Part shown: positions 8,911 through 16,072 of the stretch, piece by piece
Layout of the letters: every line of letters starts with the position of its first letter
How positions within the stretch are numbered: position 1 is the stretch's first letter
Origin: Paraphysomonas bandaiensis
Taxonomy: Eukaryota > Protista > Chrysophyceae
NCBI GenBank assembly: GCA_965644295.1
Contig: CBFFRP010000610.1
Coordinates: 1-16,072, forward strand
Length of the DNA stretch: 16,072 nucleotides
Reading direction: 5' to 3'
Made by a program: the position numbers and the translations under genes
Notes under the pieces: model-generated
The model's input: the letters and a program-made list of their open reading frames with translations, nothing else
Database searches by the model: none
Told to the model about the DNA's origin: nothing

Positions 8911-9460
8911 TTCTTATATCCATTGATTACACATTGCGACTGTCTAAGATACGTGCACAAACCACACAACATATTGATGGCTCGTAGAGCATCACAACAA
9001 ACATAACAATTCATTCATATCTACATATCTACATAACAGTGTATGTGTATGTATATGCAGCATATCTGTATAGCTTATTAGTGTACGATGGGTCTCTTAT
9101 CAGTGTTATGAGGAAGAGGAGTGGTCAGTGTAGCTGTGCTGTGGACATACCCCCATGAATATACGTAGACAGACACCTGGAGATCGCTTACCTTCCTTCA
9201 GCGACTTGCTTGTTGAATGAGCGACTGCTTTGACTTCCAGGAGGGCATGAATACCCCATGTTTCTAGACCGATTAAGAAAAAAGAGGGGTTTTCATGTCA
9301 AAGTCTGTGTATTCGTAAAAACAACATCACTGAAATGGACTGCCTTTCCAGGAGCAGATCAAACGATGAGGAGTCCGTCGTACAGTGAAGCCCTTTAATC
9401 TCTCTGCCATGGGATGGATCACTGGCAGTCTCCCTCAATAGTCTCTTGATGCTCCCATTA

Positions 9461-9519
9461 TGACCTGTACACTACAGTGGTTGTGGCCTCTACACTGCAG
9501 TGGTTGTGACCTCTACACC
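9461..9519. repeat. 23-bp tandem repeat, ~2.5 copies
   Basis: TGACCTGTACACTACAGTGGTTG / TGGCCTCTACACTGCAGTGGTTG / TGACCTCTACACC. Confidence 0.85.
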
Positions 9520-9935
9520 GCTGTTGGCCTTACTGACTATCCGTACATCCCTGGCGAGGCATGTGGGAGACATATGTTGCCCAGTATATATATTTACAAT
9601 CTTGAGAGTGCTGATCATAGTGTTATAGGTACCTCAGTACTACAACTGTCCTCGGTTGTGGGACAATAGCCGCTGTTGGCCTTACTGACTATATGCGTAC
9701 ATCACTTGCGAGGTATGTGCGAGACATATTGTCTAGTATATATATTTACAATCTTGTGAGTGCCAATCATTGTGTTATGTACTATCATAGGTACCTCAGT
9801 ACTACTAATGTCCTCGATTGTGGAGCAATAGCCCCCTACTATATTTTTTCTCTGTGCAACTGCGTTTCACTGTTGGCCATAGGTGCACATCACTTGGGAG
9901 GTGTGTACGAGATATATATTGTGTACATATCTTAA
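9518..9935. repeat. Diverged ~152-165 bp tandem repeat: two copies plus a partial third
   Basis: Units start CCGCTGTTGGCCTTACTGACTAT at 9518 and 9670 and share AGTATATATATTTACAATCTTG and ATAGGTACCTCAGTACTAC. A third, decayed copy starts near 9869. Confidence 0.85.
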
Positions 9936-10214
9936 TGTTATCGTCAGGGAACATATTATTGTCAAGCTCCATTATGCCTGAAAGGATTTGCGGATGTCCT
10001 TGCAATAATTCGAGTGCCTGGAGATAAGACAAAATGGGGTTATTTTGGAGGTGTGGTCGAAAGAAATCTTTTTTTTGAAAGAAGTGTGAAATCATGAACT
10101 GCGAGTGCTGATGATGAACTAGCAAGACTGATTCATGAACTGCAACAAGTTTTAACACACATATCACCATATTACACTACAAACCAAAGCATATTATGAG
10201 AACATTGTATTGAT

Positions 10215-10912
10215 ATGATGAGTAGTGATCTGTCTCATTCTGAATCTGGCGAAGAAAGTGGCTTAGACGCTATTGCAACAAAGTTATCTGAGGTGGAACC
10301 TCCATATGTTGCTGAAGGGTCTTGGATTGAAGTCAGTATAAGAGGAATAAGTGACTACAACAAGAAAACAGCATCTCCACATGTTAAAGTGGCTTTGGTA
10401 GACTCATTTTTTGTTAATGTCAAGTGTGTAGTGTACCTGTATGTGATATATGATACTCACATCTATTCTGTTGACAGATACCTCAAAGCGAAATATAGTA
10501 CAGTGGATTTAATTCCTTTGATTTTCCACAAGCTTCGTGGGTTCGCAACGGCAGCAGAAGAAATTGAGGAGACTAAAAGTAGTAGTAGGGCTCTGGAGGC
10601 CCACCCTTGTTTGAAATTAGATTTCTCACGAGGCATTCTCTTCAAGACAACCACTGAGAAATATTGGACAAAAGGTAATATAAAAACTTAATGCAATATG
10701 TTTCCTTTGCGAAGCTAGTAATAATATTATTCCCAGGCTACGAGGTGACTGGCACAAATGAAGAGCTTAAAGTTCCAGTGTTCCGTAGTTCCCGCCAATT
10801 GTTCCCTTTCATTTGCATCGCGGCTGTAAACTTCCCTATGGAATACATCACAGAGTCCGATGTTATTAGGAGGTGGTTGATATTGACAGAAATGTGCGAC
10901 AATATGACGTAA
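10215..10912 (+). CDS. Hypothetical spliced protein-coding gene or pseudogene
   Basis: ORF 10215-10691 can be joined to ORF 10691-10912 by a GTAATA...CCCAG intron (~10675-10736); another short intron is probable, ending GACAG near 10477. No domain recognised. Confidence 0.35.
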
Positions 10913-11282
10913 CCCGGTTTGAAAACCGAAATCACGGCTCGCAGTACAGGTATACCACACAAACACGCAAGTGTAAGAACAATGTATTATTAATGTTGTG
11001 ACTGCTCTAAGCAATAACCTAATGCCCAGTTAATGATTTCCGCCAGAAATCACCACGCAGGTAACACCGCCAGTGCAACAAGATCGTTGGCACCAAGCAC
11101 TTCGGTTAAGCCTAAACAAGTGCATAACACCATAGCATACATGTTACACCCACTCCTACTCCTCAACAACATCACAACCGCAGAGCAAAGTGATACGTTG
11201 GCACGAGGAAGTGCGAGTGACAAGAGTTAACGTTTTTGTTTCCCTGATGGTTGTATTTTTCAGTTTAGTGCATTTGTAGCTC

Positions 11283-13930
11283 TGTAGGATACGGTCTAGA
11301 ATGTACACCGAAATATGAATGAGTACACGAGAACAGTATTATGACTGTAGGGGAGCCTCATAATTTCTTGTCACTAACAATTTCTGTAGTATCTGTCAAG
11401 AGACTTGTTTCTTTGCCTACCTGTAGTGTAGACCGATAAAGAACAACGGGAGTATTGGATCCGTGTCATTGCCAGCCTGTAGTACTGACGACAGTAGAGT
11501 GATCCGTACATTTTTTCTCTACGTGACAAGAAATTAGAATGAGATCCAACAAGAAGTTTCAGAAGCGATTTGAACAAAGGGCTAGGGGTTCGGCGAGCAA
11601 CAGTGCGTCCACGTCTGTGCCAATACTGAGATATGGTGCCAATACCAACTTGGCGACGTTCAAACAGAAGCTAGTGGCCGAGGGAATGGAGAGATATGGA
11701 GACCTGGCAAGGCTAATCGAACTGGACAAGTATTATGAACCGCCGCGTGTAAACCCTGCAGAATATAACTTAAAAAACGACCCCCACGGATTTAACGCTG
11801 AAGATATGAAGGATGCCAGGAAGGCAAGGGCGAAATTGATTAATGAAATGAAGGCGAATCGGACTGCTTTCTATGCATTCATCTACAATCATCTGAGCAA
11901 TGAATCAATTGACGCAATAAAGCTCACACCAGAATACGACAAAATCAACTCGACCAAGGACCCTCTGCTGCTGTGGTTGGCTGTAAAGGAGACTCATAAG
12001 TCAGCAACGAGCTCAAATGTCGAAGCGGTCGTCCGTGCAGAGACTAGGAAGAAATATCAAGACGCAAAACAAGGTCCCTTCGAGAGCATAGTGGGCTACA
12101 AGGAGAGATTCGATTTCCTACTAGATGCGTACAATGACGCCGACAATCCGAGAATGGATGATGAGGACATAGCCATGGATTTCTTTAGGGGATTGGATGA
12201 TGCCCGTTATGGGGAATTCAAGACAAATTATCTAAATGATCTGATGATGGGCACGCAGAAGCCACCTGAGCACGTCAACGATATCTACACTAAAGCATCG
12301 AAGTATCTTACCCCGAGGAGAGGAGCAAAATCGAATGGTGGAGTAGCATTTGTCAGCCAGAAGGAACAATCCACCAAGCAAAGGCGTGCGAGTGAAATGG
12401 ACAGAAAACAGAAGGCCAATGATGACCAGGAGCCGAGACGTCGCGGTAATAGGCCGAGGAAACCCATGGTGTGCTGGGGTTGTGGAGAGCCCGGACACAA
12501 ACTGAGTAATTGTCCCGATAATGTAGAGCCGGAGGAAAAACAGTGCTCGGTCACAACAATGAACGCATATGCATCGAGCGGTGAGCGTTTTGAGTGGTAC
12601 GAGGTGCTTCTAGACAACCAGGCGGACGTATCAGTTGTACACCCGTGGTTGCTGAAGGACGTGAGGCCAGCAAGCAGAAAGTGCACGGTAGCCGGTCTAT
12701 CTGGACACGCCGTAGAACTACCGAACGTGGGAGAGCTGGATTATTTCTTCACATGTAAGACGGCTGAAGACCTACGTGTGAGTGTATTATGCCAGGCCGA
12801 TGTGGAAGATATGTATCCAGTGGCTTATGAACCGGGTGTATCGTACACTGTGTATCTACAAAACAAAGAACTAGTGTTCAGAAGGCGGAACAAAATGTAT
12901 GTAGCTGACATGAGAGACTGGGCAGAAGGAAATGTTAATGTTACAACAACAAGCATGGAAGAACAAAAATACACAAGAGGCGAAGTTGCTAGGGCGAGAG
13001 AAGCTCGAGAACTAATACGCAATTCTGGTTTTGACTCAGAACAAGACGCGATAAACCTCGTGAGTGACGGCAACATCACAGGGGTGCAGCTGACTGCAAA
13101 TGATATCAGAAGGTCGTTCGATATATATGGCAAACCGTGTGAGGCTATCAGAGGAAAACACACCAAAAAGAAGGTACGCAGACAGCACGTGGATATTGAA
13201 TTGAAGGCGTCGCAGCAAAAGAGTCAGCGGTTATATACGGACTTATTCTATGTGAGGAAGCAACCTTTCATGATCACATTGTCGGAGCCTCTTGGACTAA
13301 CTTTGGTGGCGGCACTACCGAGTGAGAGAACAGACGATCTTGGACTAGCTCTGCAAGAGCAAGTGAGTCTATTGCGCAGCCATGGATTTACACCGAGGAT
13401 AGCATACCTGGATCCACAGCCGGGATTTCAACCACTTCGAGGAAAGATTACAGGGGTGGAGATAGACATCAGCGGTGCTGGAGATCATATGGATAGGGTC
13501 GATAGCAAGATAAGAAGGCTGAAGGAGATCATAAGAAGTGTGAATGCGGGTCTACCGTGGAAATTGCCTAATGCGAACGTGGAAGACTTAGTGAAATATG
13601 CAAACAGTCGCATGAATCTGAGAAGACCATCGACAAGTCATTCCATCGTCGCCCCACGAGTAGCTTTCACTGGGAGAAAGCCGAACTACAGAAAGGAACT
13701 AGATATGGCATTCGGAGACTACGTGGAGTGCTACAATCCTAAGGTGAGGAGTAATAATGCCGAGCAGGATCGTACGGAGCCATGCATAGCATTGTATCCT
13801 ACTGGCAATGCTAACGGTAGTTGGGTATTCTTCAATATCAAGACACAGAAGAGAATTCGAAGAACTAACTGGGTAAAGATGCGAACAACACAGCTCATAA
13901 TAGACGCAATGAACAATGCAGCAAAGACGT
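11283..13930 (+). mobile_element. Ty1/Copia LTR retrotransposon (CoDi-like), 5' portion, interrupted before RT
   Basis: Domain order gag-CCHC-protease-integrase in one ORF. The left boundary is tentative (TGT...ACA segment 11283-11379). Confidence 0.8.
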
Positions 13931-13935
13931 ATTGA
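11539..13935 (+). CDS. gag-pol: Copia Gag-Pol polyprotein (Gag, CCHC knuckle, protease, integrase), truncated before RT/RNase H
   Basis: QGPFESIVGYKERF in gag; CWGCGEPGHKLSNC (12472-12513); VLLDNQADVSVV protease; integrase YTDLFYV / YLDPQPGF / HMDRVDSKIRRLKE; downstream FGDYVECY and CIALYPTGNANGSWVFF. Integrase directly after protease is the Copia order. Confidence 0.9.
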   Translation: MRSNKKFQKRFEQRARGSASNSASTSVPILRYGANTNLATFKQKLVAEGMERYGDLARLIELDKYYEPPRVNPAEYNLKNDPHGFNAEDMKDARKARAKLINEMKANRTAFYAFIYNHLSNESIDAIKLTPEYDKINSTKDPLLLWLAVKETHKSATSSNVEAVVRAETRKKYQDAKQGPFESIVGYKERFDFLLDAYNDADNPRMDDEDIAMDFFRGLDDARYGEFKTNYLNDLMMGTQKPPEHVNDIYTKASKYLTPRRGAKSNGGVAFVSQKEQSTKQRRASEMDRKQKANDDQEPRRRGNRPRKPMVCWGCGEPGHKLSNCPDNVEPEEKQCSVTTMNAYASSGERFEWYEVLLDNQADVSVVHPWLLKDVRPASRKCTVAGLSGHAVELPNVGELDYFFTCKTAEDLRVSVLCQADVEDMYPVAYEPGVSYTVYLQNKELVFRRRNKMYVADMRDWAEGNVNVTTTSMEEQKYTRGEVARAREARELIRNSGFDSEQDAINLVSDGNITGVQLTANDIRRSFDIYGKPCEAIRGKHTKKKVRRQHVDIELKASQQKSQRLYTDLFYVRKQPFMITLSEPLGLTLVAALPSERTDDLGLALQEQVSLLRSHGFTPRIAYLDPQPGFQPLRGKITGVEIDISGAGDHMDRVDSKIRRLKEIIRSVNAGLPWKLPNANVEDLVKYANSRMNLRRPSTSHSIVAPRVAFTGRKPNYRKELDMAFGDYVECYNPKVRSNNAEQDRTEPCIALYPTGNANGSWVFFNIKTQKRIRRTNWVKMRTTQLIIDAMNNAAKTY

Positions 13936-16072
13936 ATGTCTTTTTATTTAGCAATAGGCGTTAAAAACCCGTTCCGATATAGCGGCTAGTTGAATACTAG
14001 TCTACTAGTTAGACCTCTACCCATAACTAATCAGCGCAAATTCTATTATCCTACTATTTAACGCTACAGAAGCTGCTTGTGCGTCGCCGCAAGCACCAAG
14101 GTGCAACCACTTCCGTTCTTGATGTTGTGTGTGAGTTCGCCCTGCTCGTGTGTCTGAGGACTCACTGGCGCGTGTTGTCCGGGGGTCTCCCCTTGGGATA
14201 CGGTTCCGCCTGACTCTGAGGTACCGGGTTCTGTATTAAGGTCCTGAGTGTACCGAGCACTAGATGTGTGGACTGAGAGGTTGATGGTGTGGTGGAATGT
14301 GGCGGTGTCGCCATGCACCGTTTGGGCGTTGGGCATAGGTGGAGTTGCCGGAGACGTCGTCGCCTTTGTCTAGGGCCTGTTGGTTTCATATGGTCCGTTG
14401 CTATGGTCCTCTGTGTATGGTTGGTAGGGTTCAGAGGTATGGTGGGCGGTGTTCCAGTCTCGGTTCGTCTGTGGATTCCTAGTAATCTTAGCACCCTTGG
14501 GCGTTTCCGTTTCTGTCTGTGGTTTGGACTCAGCCGCGGTAGTAGCCTTGGGGGGCCTTTCCGTAGGGTCACGTATCTTCTTCCGCGATCTTGGATCATG
14601 AGCTTTGCTGCAGCGAACAGCGGTAGCAGTAATTTGATGATCGCTGATTCGATGCTGCGCAGTCCTTGGGATGTCAGTGATTCATGGATGTGATCTCCAA
14701 AAACCATTTCAAGCTGTGTCATTGTGATGGTACCCGTCCAGAATCTCTCCACCTGTGGCACGGAAGGGTTCCAGGCCCTGCTGGAGAGTCGCTGGAGTAC
14801 AGTGGTGGTCCATTGGGGTAATTCCGGATTCCTCATTTCTTCTAGGAGCGCGTTTTTGTGGCTGTGAAATGCAGACTCCCTTATCTGCGTTATGGTGTCG
14901 TTTGTGCAGTCGAGACACATATGCTTGAGTGAGTCTAGTCTAAATCCGCAGTCAGAGCATACGGCTTTAGCCATGTCGAGTCCGTGTTTGGTTTTCGCCC
15001 GGTTTCTTCCTATGCTGAAGGATTTGTCCCATGTCAGTGCTGCATTTAGTACTCTTTGGCGCAGGTGGGAGCTCACTTTGTCCTTTGATGGTCCACCATC
15101 TGCTTGCGCCAGTTTGCGCGGAAGTAGTGCTCCGCTGTCTTTCCAGTATCCAGGAGCCCGGTCGGGATTGTGACCGTAGCGTTGGTCTCGGAGAGCTGTA
15201 TATGCCTCCAGCGTCCGTTGATTACGGAGGGATTGGAAATCCGTGAGTAGGGGGCTAGTGCGATACGGCCGTCGTTCCCCAGTTAGGCGCCAGTGCCATA
15301 AACCCTCGGTGAGTATTCTCTCGATGGCTTGGTCCACTTCCATGTTACAGACAGTGTAATTTTGTCGTCCGAGTAGTCGATCTACCTCAAGCCAGTCCCC
15401 TCCTGCTACTGCGTCGGCAATGTAAATTCCTTTGTCTTCATATGTCCATTCAGACTCATCAGAGGTGCGTCGTTCGGGGTGTGATCGGACCCAGGCTACT
15501 GTCCTTGTGCAATCGTTATTTGCTGCAATGCTTTCGAGCAGTACACCTTTGGCACGATGCCCCAGTGCCCGACGTCTGGCGGAGAGTGCTTCGTGTGTGC
15601 GTATGCAGACGGCCTTACAGTCCGTATTTATCGGTATGTGTGATGGGAGTCGCGCAGACAGTATAAGCGCCATTGCTGCTCCCATGAGCTCGTATGCATA
15701 CGGGCCAAGTCCAGGCACGTCGCTGAAGGGTGTCTCTAATCGCAGTATTTTTGTTGTACCGTTCTTCCATTCATCCTCCGGGGGGAGCCAGACTGCCGCC
15801 GCTCCTCCATAATGTGCCCATCTTGTACGTGGGTTTACACGCGTAATGCGGCGCGGGGATAGGGCTGTAGGCGTGTATGAGCCGTCGGTGAAGATTGCCT
15901 GATATGTATCCGCGGTTACATCATCCAGTTCTAATGTGCGGATAATGTTGGTCAGGGTGTTGGTATCTTGAGGTTCCGGACTGTCGGGTTGTTGGAGAGT
16001 AAGGCCAACCTCCGTACCCCATTCCCGCAGACTTAAGGCAAAGTGGTGGTAGTTTGGGTACGGCGCGATAGT
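13931..16072 (-). mobile_element. Non-LTR retrotransposon (LINE), 3' portion, antisense to and interrupting the Copia element
   Basis: RNase H plus C-terminal CCHC ORF, then a ~220-bp 3' UTR with AATAAA (minus strand, ~13944-13949) ending where the Copia ORF breaks. The exact junction base is uncertain. Confidence 0.75.
14162..16072 (-). CDS. LINE polyprotein C-terminus: RNase H and zinc knuckle (partial, open to the window edge)
   Basis: The frame is open from 16072. RNase H motifs IFTDGS, AYELMG, INTDCKA, WVRSHPE and GIYIADAVA (~15410-15896); CSDCGFRLDSLKHMCLDC (C-x2-C-x8-H-x4-C, 14906-14959); basic low-complexity tail. Confidence 0.82.
   Translation of the reverse strand, partial: TIAPYPNYHHFALSLREWGTEVGLTLQQPDSPEPQDTNTLTNIIRTLELDDVTADTYQAIFTDGSYTPTALSPRRITRVNPRTRWAHYGGAAAVWLPPEDEWKNGTTKILRLETPFSDVPGLGPYAYELMGAAMALILSARLPSHIPINTDCKAVCIRTHEALSARRRALGHRAKGVLLESIAANNDCTRTVAWVRSHPERRTSDESEWTYEDKGIYIADAVAGGDWLEVDRLLGRQNYTVCNMEVDQAIERILTEGLWHWRLTGERRPYRTSPLLTDFQSLRNQRTLEAYTALRDQRYGHNPDRAPGYWKDSGALLPRKLAQADGGPSKDKVSSHLRQRVLNAALTWDKSFSIGRNRAKTKHGLDMAKAVCSDCGFRLDSLKHMCLDCTNDTITQIRESAFHSHKNALLEEMRNPELPQWTTTVLQRLSSRAWNPSVPQVERFWTGTITMTQLEMVFGDHIHESLTSQGLRSIESAIIKLLLPLFAAAKLMIQDRGRRYVTLRKGPPRLLPRLSPNHRQKRKRPRVLRLLGIHRRTETGTPPTIPLNPTNHTQRTIATDHMKPTGPRQRRRRLRQLHLCPTPKRCMATPPHSTTPSTSQSTHLVLGTLRTLIQNPVPQSQAEPYPKGRPPDNTRQ

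Noticed and set aside
9330-9385. Possible structured ncRNA or hammerhead (ATGGACT/AGTCCGT stem near GATGAG)
   Set aside because: Only one short stem; no CUGAUGA/GAAA core or C/D box pair in the right arrangement.
8800-9935. CRISPR-like reading of the spaced motifs and tandem repeats
   Set aside because: Repeats are too short or wholly duplicated, there are no cas genes, and the context is eukaryotic.
11283-11400. Copia 5' LTR and primer-binding site as separate features
   Set aside because: A TGT...ACA segment exists, but there is no second LTR in the window and no recognisable tRNA-complementary PBS.
12232-15812. Short antisense or alternate-frame ORFs overlapping the Copia and LINE ORFs, and similar ones in 144-4046
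   Set aside because: Shadow ORFs of long coding sequences, with no motifs.

Overview
Eukaryotic, transposon-dense window. The 46-57 bp GT-AG introns and a CoDi-like Copia element suggest a stramenopile or other protist; this is inference. Left to right: (1) a 5'-truncated Ty3/Gypsy-type LTR retrotransposon on the minus strand, with a CCCH finger in gag, an in-frame UGA, then an aspartic protease running off the window; (2) an apparently intact 3.69-kb cut-and-paste DNA transposon of the PIF/Harbinger-ISL2EU (PHIS) group at 1636-5322, with 44-bp TIRs, subterminal GGTAAG(C/G)ATTTT arrays and two convergent ORFs, whose DD35E transposase carries a C-terminal SET-like domain; (3) an ~860-bp (CATA)n tract starting exactly at the right TIR; (4) a spliced host gene with a calcyphosin-like C-terminus; (5) short motif arrays, a ~152-bp tandem repeat and a hypothetical spliced gene; (6) a CoDi-like Ty1/Copia gag-protease-integrase ORF cut before its RT by (7) an antisense RNase H-bearing non-LTR retrotransposon. 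The best candidate for an undescribed system is the SET-fused two-gene Harbinger-like transposon with a 2-bp target duplication and non-matching flanks. All calls come from motifs read by eye; no searches were run.
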